52,332 nt of DNA from Gammaproteobacteria bacterium. GTDB taxonomy: Bacteria; Pseudomonadota; Gammaproteobacteria; Pseudomonadales; JADFDG01. Positions 41,608 to 49,962 of the stretch are shown here, in pieces. The DNA lies in the NCBI GenBank assembly GCA_046566505.1, contig JBKHWN010000117.1, forward strand, positions 1-52,332. Direction: 5' to 3'. The notes under the pieces were generated by a model. It ran no database searches. It was not told the DNA's origin and was given only the letters and a program-made list of their open reading frames with translations. A program made the translations under genes and the position numbers. Numbering within the stretch: position 1 is the stretch's first letter; every line of letters starts with the position of its first letter.

Positions 41608-42494
41608 CGATACGCGACACGGTGGTCACCGTCGGCGACCTTCGCTTCCCGGTGCGCGAGGCAGGCCCGTCCTGCGGCGTGCCGGTCCTGCTGTTGCACG
41701 GGTTTCCCGATTGCTTCCACAGTTTCGATGCGCAACTGGAAGCACTCGCTGCGGCCGGTTATCACGCTGTTGCCCCGGCGCTGCGCGGCTACGCCGCATC
41801 GGCCATCCCCGATGACGGCGACTACTTCCTCGAAACCATCGTCGGTGACGTAGTCGCGCTGCTGGATGCGCTGGGCGTCGAGCGCGTGCACCTGGTCGGG
41901 CACGACTGGGGCGCCGCCATCGCCTGGCTGGCGGTGGCCATGCACCCGGATCGTTTTGTTACCGTGACCAGCATCGCCATCCCGCCGCTCGGCGGCATGC
42001 TGAAAGCCGTGCGTCGCTACCCGGGCCAGGCGCGCAACAGCTGGTACATGGCGTTCTTCCAGTTGCGCGGCATCGCCGACCGCGCCGTGGCACGTGACGA
42101 CCACGCGTTCATCGAGCGCCTCTGGCGCGACTGGTCGCCGGGTTGGGCGTGGCCTGCGGAGACGATGGAGCGCGTGAAGCAAACCTTCCGGCAGCCCGGC
42201 GTGCGCACGGCCGCGCTCGGCTATTACCGGCACCTGTTCCGCTGGTTTGCGGCGCCGAACAAGCGCGCGCGTGCACGGATCGCGCACCCGGTGGCGATGC
42301 CGGCGCTGGTGCTGCACGGACAGACCGACGGCTGCATGGACGCCCGCCTGCCGGCGGCGGCCATTCAGGCGGCAAGGTTCGACGCCGGCGTCCGGCTCGC
42401 CATCGTGCCCGGGGCCGGCCACTTCCTGCACCAGGAACAACCGGAACGCACCAGCACGCTGCTGCTCGACTTTTTCGCCGGCCATCCGCTGTAG
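41604..42494 (+). CDS. Alpha/beta hydrolase (epoxide-hydrolase/haloalkane-dehalogenase-like)
   Basis: LLLHGFPD oxyanion motif, nucleophile elbow VGHDWGAAIAW, C-terminal GAGHFLHQEQPE. Confidence 0.88.
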   Translation: MTIRDTVVTVGDLRFPVREAGPSCGVPVLLLHGFPDCFHSFDAQLEALAAAGYHAVAPALRGYAASAIPDDGDYFLETIVGDVVALLDALGVERVHLVGHDWGAAIAWLAVAMHPDRFVTVTSIAIPPLGGMLKAVRRYPGQARNSWYMAFFQLRGIADRAVARDDHAFIERLWRDWSPGWAWPAETMERVKQTFRQPGVRTAALGYYRHLFRWFAAPNKRARARIAHPVAMPALVLHGQTDGCMDARLPAAAIQAARFDAGVRLAIVPGAGHFLHQEQPERTSTLLLDFFAGHPL

Positions 42495-42508
42495 CCGGCC
42501 GCCCGGGC

Positions 42509-42530
42509 CTGCTGCGGCCAGCAGTTTTTT
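42509..42530 (+). terminator. Intrinsic terminator after the hydrolase gene
   Basis: CTGCTG-cggc-CAGCAG followed by TTTTTT. Confidence 0.55.
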
Positions 42531-42537
42531 GACCGTG

Positions 42538-42602
42538 GTGAGCGGGCCATGCCCGCGATAAACCCCGCACTGTAGTGAGCGGGCCATGCCCGCGATAAAC
42601 CC
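42538..42602. repeat. Two copies of a 28-bp REP-like unit GTGAGCGGGCCATGCCCGCGATAAACCC (37-bp period)
   Basis: Identical copies at 42538-42565 and 42575-42602. Each contains the hairpin GCGGGC-cat-GCCCGC. Confidence 0.85.
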
Positions 42603-42693
42603 GCAGGCCGGCGCCTGCGCCGGGTCAGCCATCCGCGCTAGAATCGCGCCACTTTTTTGCCACCCCTTTCTGCCACCCTTTCCGAGGCCCGCC

Positions 42694-44205
42694 ATGACCG
42701 TCATCCAGCAGGACGACCTGATCGAATCCGTCGCCGACGCGCTGCAGTACATCTCGTACTACCACCCGGTCGACTTCATCCAGGCCGTCAACGCCGCCTA
42801 CGAGCGCGAGCAGAACCCGGCGGCAAAGGACGCGATGGCGCAGATCCTCATCAACTCCCGCATGAGCGCCGAGGGGCACCGCCCGATCTGCCAGGACACC
42901 GGCATCGTCACCGTGTTCGTCAAGGTCGGCATGAACGTGCGCTGGGACGGCGCCACAATGAGCGTCGACGACATGATCAACGAGGGCGTGCGCCGCGCCT
43001 ACCTGAATGCGGACAACCCGCTGCGCGCCTCCATCCTCGCCGACCCGGCCGGCAAGCGGCAGAACACGAAGGACAACACGCCGGCAGTGATCCACTACAG
43101 CATCGTTCCCGGCGACACGGTCGACGTGCAGATCGCGGCCAAGGGCGGCGGCTCGGAGAACAAATCGAAGATGGCGATGCTCAACCCGAGCGATTCCATC
43201 GTCGACTGGGTGCTGAAGACGGTGCCAACCATGGGCGCCGGCTGGTGCCCACCGGGCATGCTCGGTATCGGTATCGGCGGCACGGCGGAAAAGGCGATGG
43301 TGCTGGCCAAGGAAGCGCTGATGGATCCGATCGACATCCAGGAGCTCATCGCGCGCGGGCCAAAAAATCGGGTCGAGGAACTGCGCATCGAGTTGTATGA
43401 AAAAGTGAATGCACTCGGCATCGGTGCCCAGGGCCTCGGTGGCCTCACCACGGTGCTCGACGTGAAGATCCTCGATTACCCGACGCACGCCGCCTCGCTG
43501 CCGGTGGCGATGATTCCCAACTGCGCGGCGACCCGGCATGTGCATTTCGAGCTCGACGGCTCCGGCCCGGCGGAACTGGAGGTGCCGAAACTGTCCGACT
43601 GGCCGCAGATTACCTGGGATGCGTCGAAGGCGCGTCGCGTCAACCTCGACACGGTGACGAAGGAAGAGATCGCCACCTGGAAGACCGGCGAGACGCTGCT
43701 CTTGTCCGGGACGATGTACACCGGCCGCGATGCCGCCCACAAGAAGATGACCGACATGATCGCGAAGGGCGAGCCGCTGCCGGTCGACCTCAAGGGCAAG
43801 TTCATTTACTACGTCGGTCCGGTCGACCCGGTGCGTGACGAAGTCGTTGGCCCGGCCGGCCCCACCACCGCCACGCGCATGGACAAGTTCACGCGCACGA
43901 TGCTGGAAAAAACCGGACTGATCGGCATGATCGGCAAGAGCGAGCGCGGCCCGACGGCGATCGCCGCGATCCGCGACAACAAGGCCGTCTACCTGATGGC
44001 TGTGGGCGGCGCAGCGTATCTCGTGTCCAAGGCGATCCGAAAGTCGAGGGTCGTCGGTTTCCCGGAACTCGGCATGGAGGCGATCTACGAATTCGTCGTC
44101 GAGGACATGCCGGTGTCGGTGGCGGTCGACGTGAACGGCGAATCGGTGCACGAGACGGCACCGAAGATCTGGCAGTCGAAGATCGGCAAGATCCCGGTGG
44201 CCTGA
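42694..44205 (+). CDS. fumA: Class I (Fe-S dependent) fumarate hydratase
   Basis: 503 aa. ICQDTGIVTVF and GGGSENKS in the N-terminal half, GTMYTGRDAAHKK in the C-terminal beta-type domain. Start moved to ATG 42694. Confidence 0.93.
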   Translation: MTVIQQDDLIESVADALQYISYYHPVDFIQAVNAAYEREQNPAAKDAMAQILINSRMSAEGHRPICQDTGIVTVFVKVGMNVRWDGATMSVDDMINEGVRRAYLNADNPLRASILADPAGKRQNTKDNTPAVIHYSIVPGDTVDVQIAAKGGGSENKSKMAMLNPSDSIVDWVLKTVPTMGAGWCPPGMLGIGIGGTAEKAMVLAKEALMDPIDIQELIARGPKNRVEELRIELYEKVNALGIGAQGLGGLTTVLDVKILDYPTHAASLPVAMIPNCAATRHVHFELDGSGPAELEVPKLSDWPQITWDASKARRVNLDTVTKEEIATWKTGETLLLSGTMYTGRDAAHKKMTDMIAKGEPLPVDLKGKFIYYVGPVDPVRDEVVGPAGPTTATRMDKFTRTMLEKTGLIGMIGKSERGPTAIAAIRDNKAVYLMAVGGAAYLVSKAIRKSRVVGFPELGMEAIYEFVVEDMPVSVAVDVNGESVHETAPKIWQSKIGKIPVA

Positions 44206-44226
44206 ACCGGGACCGGGAATAAAAAA

Positions 44227-44255
44227 GGCCCGGCGCAATCGCGCCGGGCCTTTTT
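44227..44255. terminator. Bidirectional intrinsic terminator (fumA / ancestral tRNA-Asn 3' end)
   Basis: AAAAAA-GGCCCGGCGC-aatc-GCGCCGGGCC-TTTTT. Confidence 0.75.
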
Positions 44256-44256
44256 G

Positions 44257-44305
44257 TTTGGCTCCGCCTGCTGGGCTCGAACCAGCGACCCACGGATTAA
44301 CAGTC
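44257..44305. repeat. Left att repeat (orphan 3' part of tRNA-Asn)
   Basis: TTTGGCTCCGCCTGCTGGGCTCGAACCAGCGACCCACGGATTAACAGTC, identical to 51048-51096. The tRNA 5' half is missing here. Confidence 0.9.
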
Positions 44306-44317
44306 GTCTCAGGGCGT

Positions 44318-44344
44318 GTTTGCGGCGGTTTGCGCCCGTTTGCG
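44318..44344. repeat. Three 10-bp-phased GTTTGCG repeats next to the left att core
   Basis: GTTTGCG at 44318, 44328 and 44338, with a fourth at 44401. A related GTTTGCA is at 50960 near the right end. Confidence 0.6.
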
Positions 44345-44423
44345 AGCGGGTGAAATCTATTGTTTTATCATTGACTTAGCGTTGTTCGTCGCCCTACCGT
44401 GTTTGCGTTCGTTTTCATTCGCC

Positions 44424-44445
44424 CGCCTACATGGCGCCTACATGG
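44424..44445. repeat. Tandem 11-bp repeat CGCCTACATGG x2 (candidate arm-type integrase site)
   Basis: Perfect tandem copies 28 nt upstream of the int start. The same pair, with one mismatch, is at 50973-50994 in the same orientation. Confidence 0.55.
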
Positions 44446-44472
44446 GCGGAAATATGACGCGAGGGGCACGCC

Positions 44473-45738
44473 GTGAAACTCACTAAGAAACTGATAGAGG
44501 CAACCGCGCCGGGCGCGCGCGTCCTGTTCCTCCGGGACGATGACGTGCCGGGCCTGGCTGTTCGTATCACCCCGGCAGGGCACCGGGCGTTCGTGTTCGA
44601 GAAGCGGGTAAACGGCCGTAACCGGCGGATGACCCTGGGCACCTACGGGGCGTTGACCCTGGAGCAGGCCCGGCAGTTGGCCCGGGTCACGGCAGGCGAG
44701 ATTGCCGGCGGCGCCGATCCGGTGGCGGAGAAACGGAAGCGGGCTCACCGGGCGGTAACGCTGGGGGAGGTTTTCGAGGAATACCTGCGAGTGCGAGAGT
44801 TGCGCCCCCGAACGATTCAGGACATGCGCTGCGCGCTGCGGGATTTGTCGGACTGGACCGCGCGCCCGGTGACGGAAATCACCCGAGACATGGTGACCGC
44901 CCGGCATATGCGCCTCGGGGAGCGGAGCAAGGCCCGTGCGAACGGGACCATGCGCTACCTGCGGGCGTGGCTCAATTTTGCGGCGGAGCGCTACGCGACA
45001 ACGGACGGCCCATTGCTGACTCACAACCCTGTTAAGCGCTTGTCCGCTGTGCGCGGGTGGTATCGGGTTGACCGGCGCCGGACCTTCATTAAACCGCACG
45101 AGCTGCGTCCGTGGATGCTGGCCGTGCAAGGCTTGGGCGAGGTCCCGGACCGTGCACCCGGTACAGGCTGGGACATGCCAAAGCTGCGGCATGGTGACAT
45201 GCAACGGGACTTCTACATGCTGTTGGCCCTGACCGGCCTGCGGCGTAGCGAGGCGCTGGGGTTGCGTTGGGTAGACGTGGACTTTGCCGGCCGCACCCTC
45301 ACCGTGCGAGGCACGAAAAACCACCGGGACCATACATTGCCGCTGCCGGGCTACCTGGTCGATATGCTGCGCGAGCGGAAGGCGCAGGCTGGCAGCGCGT
45401 TCGTGTTCTCAGAGAGCGATGGCCAGCGGCTGCAGAACCTGCGTTACGGGCTAGAGAGGATCGAAAAGGTAAGCGGGGTGAAGTTCTGTCCGCATGACCT
45501 GCGCCGGACGTTCGCCACCGTCGCGGAGAGCCTGGACCTGCCGGCCTATGCCCTCAAACACCTGTTGAACCATTCCAGCGGGGCGGATGTGACGGCGGGC
45601 TATGTCGTGGTCACCACCGAGCGCCTGCGCGCGCCGATGGAGCGGATATGCGACTACATGCTGAAAACGGGCGGGCTGCGCGAGGTCGCGCCTGTGGTGA
45701 GCCTGCAGGCACGGAGGGTGGGCGGCGATGGGGCATGA
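44473..45738 (+). CDS. int: Tyrosine site-specific integrase, P4-like (DUF4102 arm-binding N-terminus)
   Basis: LTKKLIEA..FLRDDDVPGLAVRITPAGHRAFVFEKRVNGRNRRMTLG N-terminal domain. Catalytic-domain motifs LALTGLRRSEALGLRW, HDLRRTF, LNHS. GTG start with GAGGGG 6 nt upstream. Confidence 0.92.
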   Translation: MKLTKKLIEATAPGARVLFLRDDDVPGLAVRITPAGHRAFVFEKRVNGRNRRMTLGTYGALTLEQARQLARVTAGEIAGGADPVAEKRKRAHRAVTLGEVFEEYLRVRELRPRTIQDMRCALRDLSDWTARPVTEITRDMVTARHMRLGERSKARANGTMRYLRAWLNFAAERYATTDGPLLTHNPVKRLSAVRGWYRVDRRRTFIKPHELRPWMLAVQGLGEVPDRAPGTGWDMPKLRHGDMQRDFYMLLALTGLRRSEALGLRWVDVDFAGRTLTVRGTKNHRDHTLPLPGYLVDMLRERKAQAGSAFVFSESDGQRLQNLRYGLERIEKVSGVKFCPHDLRRTFATVAESLDLPAYALKHLLNHSSGADVTAGYVVVTTERLRAPMERICDYMLKTGGLREVAPVVSLQARRVGGDGA

Positions 45739-46531
45739 TTCGCGGGAGATTGTGGCGGCAGAGGTATGCAGGTGGGCCCGGGACATGCCCGAGCAGTTGC
45801 GCGCACATATCGAGCGGCGAGCGGGGCGGCTATCGGCGCGCGAGCTTGTGGAGGTGCTGCCTACGCTCGAGAAAACGGCGGAGCATTGGCGGCGAGTTGT
45901 CGCGTGGTGGCCGGATGGTGGGGCGTTTCTGTTTGACCTGCTGGCTCGATCGGAAAGCATGTATGCGGCGGCAGGGGGGGATGGCCGGCACGAGGGCGCC
46001 AAGCGGGACGTGCGCTACCAGCACTTGGGGGTGGCGGCACGAAAGCTGGATGCCGCGGTGAAGTCCTTTCAGGTGGCACTGGAGAAAATGCCGGATGCAC
46101 GGATGATGTTGCATGAGGCGGGCGAGAGCGTTGCGCAAGACGCGGATGATCGGGCGGCGCTGGAGGCATTGCGCGCACTGGCCGGCGGTGCATGGCGTGG
46201 GCGACTGCAGCGCGCGCTTTCAATCCTGGACGGAACGGAAAACGAGGGGCTGGCCGTGGGTAAGTTGGGCTCTCTCGAACGGGTCAAAGCGCGTTCTGCC
46301 CTGCGCAAACTGCCCACGAGGGGTGGCTATGTTCGTCGCACGATTGTCGTGGCCTGTTGCCGCTGGGAGGCACGCGAGCGTAGCGAGGGGCGGGAGCCTG
46401 GCGATTGGCCGATGGTTGCACTTTCCGAGATATTGTCCGCGGCCGGTGTCGAACGGGTAGGCGTGAAGAATCTGGACGATATCCGCCGCGAGGAGCGCCC
46501 CAAGGTGACTGCGGCATTTGAGCAGTCTTGA
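45728..46531 (+). CDS. Hypothetical protein (267 aa), island cargo of unknown function
   Basis: ATG overlaps the int stop by 11 nt. Coding-like codon bias. Mostly helical-looking sequence. No motif recognised. Confidence 0.6.
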   Translation: MGHDSREIVAAEVCRWARDMPEQLRAHIERRAGRLSARELVEVLPTLEKTAEHWRRVVAWWPDGGAFLFDLLARSESMYAAAGGDGRHEGAKRDVRYQHLGVAARKLDAAVKSFQVALEKMPDARMMLHEAGESVAQDADDRAALEALRALAGGAWRGRLQRALSILDGTENEGLAVGKLGSLERVKARSALRKLPTRGGYVRRTIVVACCRWEARERSEGREPGDWPMVALSEILSAAGVERVGVKNLDDIRREERPKVTAAFEQS

Positions 46532-46632
46532 CCCCGCCCCGGGATTCGCGCTCTGCCTAAATTGCGAATCACGGTTATCCACCGCTAACGGACGCGCAAT
46601 GCTGCCCACGTATTCAGACACGAGGGCAGTCC

Positions 46633-46851
46633 ATGAAATCCCCCACCGTTACCCTGCCGGCGCTCCTGACCCAACGCGAGGTCGCGGAGTACCTGCACAA
46701 ATCCGAGGCATGGCTGGAGCGCGCCCGCGTTGAAGGCGGCGGCCCTAAGTTCATCAAGTGCGGGCGGGCGGTGCGCTACCGCGCCGATGACCTGCAGGCC
46801 TGGATGGAAGATAACGCGCGGCAGTCGACCGCGGAGGCGCGCCGCGCATGA
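46633..46851 (+). CDS. alpA: AlpA-family / excisionase-like HTH regulator
   Basis: 72 aa. LLTQREVAEYLHKSEAWLERARVEGGGPKFIKCGRAVRYRADDLQAWM matches the HTH_17/AlpA pattern. Stop overlaps the primase start. Confidence 0.8.
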   Translation: MKSPTVTLPALLTQREVAEYLHKSEAWLERARVEGGGPKFIKCGRAVRYRADDLQAWMEDNARQSTAEARRA

Positions 46852-48233
46852 CGGACGCCGGCACCCCGGGAGCGCAACGCAAGGCGCGAACGGTTGCCGC
46901 GGGCGCCGTGCCGTCTACCGAGTTCGCCCTGGCGCAGACCTTCGCGCAGGCATTTGCCGACCGGTTGCGCTATGACCACACGGCCGGCGCTTGGTACGTC
47001 TGGAGCGGGACTTGCTGGCGCCGCGATACCGTGGGGAAGGCGCACGACATGGCGCGCGTTCACTGCCTGCTGGCGTCTCAGGGGACGGAAAAGCACCAAC
47101 GTGCGGCCACCGTGCGCAACGTGCTCGAATTGGCGAGTCGGATGGATCCCCTCGCCGTTGACCATGGCGCATGGGATAAGGACCCATGGCTGCTGGGGAC
47201 GCCGGGCGGGATTGTCGACCTGCGCACCGGAGCCTTGCGCAGGCCGGCGCCGGAAGCGCTGATTACCAAGGTCACGGCGGTTGCACCTGCCGCACCGGGC
47301 GTTGTGCCGGCTCTATGGACGGAGTTCCTTTCGTTTGTGGCGGACGATGACCGAGAGCGGCCGTTGTTCCTCCAGCGCTTCCTCGGTTACTGCCTCACGG
47401 GCGACGTGCGCGAACACGTCCTGATGTTCCTGTGGGGGGGCGGAGGTAACGGCAAGTCAGTGCTGCTTAACACGGTCCTGCACATTCTGGCGGACTATGG
47501 GCGCGTTTCTCCGGTCCAGACGTTCACGTCCGGGGCTCAGGATCGGCACCCGGTCGACAAGGCCATGCTTGCCGGCGCGCGCCTGGTGGCGGCAAACGAA
47601 ACCGAGCAGGGGCGGGCATGGGCGGAGGCTGAGTTGAAGTCACTCACGGGCGGTGATCCGATAACCGCCCGTTTCATGCACAAGAATCCGTTTACCTTCC
47701 TGCCGACCTTCAAGCTGCTGATTGTCGGGAACCACCGTCCGACCATTCAGAGCGTGGACGATGCAATGCGGCGGCGCCTCGTGCTGGTGCCGTTCAATCG
47801 GAAGCCGGCCGCTCCTGATCCTGAGTTAGAGGCCAAGCTGCGTGCAGAGGCGCCTGCAATTCTCCGCTGGATGATCGACGGTTGCCTGGACTGGCAGGAG
47901 CACGGGCTACCACGGCCGGCAGCGATTGCCGCGGCAACGGCGGACTATTTCGAGGCTCAGGATTCTGTCGGGCTTTGGCTGTCCGAGTGCTGCGAGGTCG
48001 GCCCGACCATGCACGATTCCAGCCGGTCCCTGTTTCAAAGTTGGGAAGCATTCCAGCACGCGGCTGGCGAGCATCCAGGCTCTGGCAAGTCGCTGACCGA
48101 GGCCTTGAAGAAACGCGGCTTTGAGCAGTTCCGTAGCAGTCTTTACCGCGGATTCCGTGGGCTCCGCGTGCGTGCGTCCGGTGTAAGCGATCCGCGCGAC
48201 CGTGACGGGTGGGTGACGCATGATGACGCATGA
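46848..48233 (+). CDS. Phage/plasmid primase, P4 family (D5-like helicase C-terminal domain)
   Basis: FLGYCLTGDVREHVLMFLWGGGGNGKSVLLN Walker A, ANETEQGRAW, LKSLTGGDPITARFMHKNPFTFLPTFKLLIVGNHRP. Typical of the COG3378/TIGR01613-type domain. Confidence 0.9.
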   Translation: MTDAGTPGAQRKARTVAAGAVPSTEFALAQTFAQAFADRLRYDHTAGAWYVWSGTCWRRDTVGKAHDMARVHCLLASQGTEKHQRAATVRNVLELASRMDPLAVDHGAWDKDPWLLGTPGGIVDLRTGALRRPAPEALITKVTAVAPAAPGVVPALWTEFLSFVADDDRERPLFLQRFLGYCLTGDVREHVLMFLWGGGGNGKSVLLNTVLHILADYGRVSPVQTFTSGAQDRHPVDKAMLAGARLVAANETEQGRAWAEAELKSLTGGDPITARFMHKNPFTFLPTFKLLIVGNHRPTIQSVDDAMRRRLVLVPFNRKPAAPDPELEAKLRAEAPAILRWMIDGCLDWQEHGLPRPAAIAAATADYFEAQDSVGLWLSECCEVGPTMHDSSRSLFQSWEAFQHAAGEHPGSGKSLTEALKKRGFEQFRSSLYRGFRGLRVRASGVSDPRDRDGWVTHDDA

Positions 48234-48402
48234 CGTGAGCCAACCCGTCACTGCGCAAGCGGCGGTATTTACTGCGATTTTCGTCCGTGCGCTGCCGTTT
48301 ATGACGGGTGTGACGGGTTATCGGGGGCAATTCGTTAACGCGCGCGTGCGCGCACACGCGGGACTTTTGCCTAGTACCCGTCACAACCCGTCATTCCGTC
48401 AC
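48202..48402. repeat. Iteron cluster (TGACGGGT / ACCCGTCA), candidate replication origin of the island
   Basis: TGACGGGT at 48203, 48302 and 48311. ACCCGTCA at 48243, 48376 and 48386, plus CCGTCA at 48396 (10-bp phasing). TGACGCA variants at 48214 and 48224. Alternating GC palindrome at 48338-48360 between the opposed arms. Confidence 0.5.
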
Positions 48403-48757
48403 TGTGAGCGAACGGCCGTGCGCATTGTCCTGCCGGCCGCTGTTCGTATCGCGCCGCGCAGGTTGGCCGGCAGGACAGGGCGCATCCCCCCCCCGCCCCC
48501 GGTCGCGGCTCCCTCCGCAGGCACTACCCGGGCATGGGGAATTAAGTCCGTGTTTTCGCCCCATATACCGGCATCCCTATGGGGGATTCCGACCTATTCA
48601 CGATTGGCCCGGCCTGGCGGTGCCGGCTCTTGTGCGGCTATCCGGTCCGCGCTTGAGGAATACCGCTTGTACCGGCCCGGCGGGTGCCGGGCCTGCGATG
48701 GCTGCCACTCCTGCGCAGGCGAAACCCGCCACCCTTTTCCCAACGGAGCGTTGAACG

Positions 48758-49465
48758 ATGCAAACCGACAATGACCTGGCGCCACTGCTGGCGCCCCGCA
48801 CGGCGGCCGACGCTGCCGACAACATCAATACCCTGCAGGCGCTCTATGAGGCGCAAGGTCGCGTCTTGGCAGCATTGCAGGCGGAACGGCGAGACGTGCT
48901 GTTGCATGGCACCGACGATGCCCTCGCGGCCCACGATGCGGAGATTCGCGCGGCGGAGGTATACCGGGAGCGCTGTGCTGCAGCGGTGCAGGCGTTGCGT
49001 GAGCGCGAGGCCGAATTGCGGCGAACGGAGCGGCAAGCTGCCGTGGCTGCACGGGTGAGGGAGGCGGCGCAGGCGCGGGTCCGTGGGGTGGAGATTTACC
49101 ACGAGTTTGACCGCAAGGCCCGCGAGTTGCGGGAGCTTGTCGAGGAGTTGCGGAGCGTTCACCAGGTCATCGAGCAGGCGCGCGCTGCCGCTGACTCTGC
49201 AGGCGTGCCGTGCAATGTGTCTCTGCCGGCAGCGGACTTTCACGTCCCTGACCGCCATGAGGAGTTCACTACGGAAACTCGTGGGCCTGGCATTTATGAC
49301 GCGCACGGTCGCCCGGTTGGTCGGGCGGGTGAAAAGGCCCCCGAGGTGCGCGCTGTTCGCCATACGCGCCTTGTGCGTGGCCGGCGCCCGGCAGACCTGA
49401 CCGCCTGTGAAATCGTGCTGCCGGATCCGATGGACGCACGTATGTCGATCCTGCGGCAGGGCTGA
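48758..49465 (+). CDS. Hypothetical protein with long coiled-coil-like N-terminal half (235 aa)
   Basis: Heptad-like, Ala/Arg/Glu-rich residues ~20-140 (LQALYEAQGRVLAALQAERRDVL..RELRELVEELRSVHQVIEQAR). No family recognised. Confidence 0.6.
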   Translation: MQTDNDLAPLLAPRTAADAADNINTLQALYEAQGRVLAALQAERRDVLLHGTDDALAAHDAEIRAAEVYRERCAAAVQALREREAELRRTERQAAVAARVREAAQARVRGVEIYHEFDRKARELRELVEELRSVHQVIEQARAAADSAGVPCNVSLPAADFHVPDRHEEFTTETRGPGIYDAHGRPVGRAGEKAPEVRAVRHTRLVRGRRPADLTACEIVLPDPMDARMSILRQG

Positions 49466-49476
49466 GGCTCCCCTCC

Positions 49477-49962
49477 GTGAATGACAACCCCGGCGAGGTA
49501 ACGACCGACGCGCTTGCTGTGCTGTTGGGCGTTACCGCGCGCACGGTGACCGAGTTGGGGCGCCGCGGTGTGATTCCCCGGGGCTCACGCCGGGGGCGCT
49601 GGCCCGTTTCGCAGTGTGTGCCGGCCTATTGCGCTCACCTGCGCGAGCACGCGGCGGGCCGCGCCGGGATCGACGATGACGGGGAGCCCTTGGACCTGGC
49701 CACTGAGCGGGCAAAGCTGGCCCGTGCCCAAAGGTTGAAGTTGGACATGGATGCTGCGCGAGCGCGTGGCGAGTTGGTCGACGCTGAACACGTGCGCGTG
49801 CGCCTGACCGCGATGGTCGCTCAGGCGCGGAACCAGCTATTGGCAGTGCCTGGCAAGGCCAAGGCGATCGTGCCGGCGCTTACTGTGCGAGATGTTGAGG
49901 CGATCGAGGCGCTAATAACCGAAACCCTGGAGGGGCTGGCAAATGCAACCATCAACCCGTGA
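49477..49962 (+). CDS. Small terminase (Nu1-like) / packaging-redirection protein homologue
   Basis: N-terminal HTH (LAVLLGVTARTVTELGRRGVIPRG) then ERAKLARAQRLKLDMDAARARGELVDAEHV, which parallels lambda Nu1 (ERHRLTRAQADAQELKNA..) from memory. GTG start. Confidence 0.6.
   Translation: MNDNPGEVTTDALAVLLGVTARTVTELGRRGVIPRGSRRGRWPVSQCVPAYCAHLREHAAGRAGIDDDGEPLDLATERAKLARAQRLKLDMDAARARGELVDAEHVRVRLTAMVAQARNQLLAVPGKAKAIVPALTVRDVEAIEALITETLEGLANATINP

Noticed and set aside
48220-48774. 184-aa plus-strand ORF (and the 116-aa ORF at 48404-48754) in the gap after the primase gene
   Set aside because: No ribosome-binding site. The Pro/Arg/Ala-rich translation runs straight through the iterons, the long hairpin and the poly-C tract. 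It is better explained as non-coding ori or regulatory DNA.
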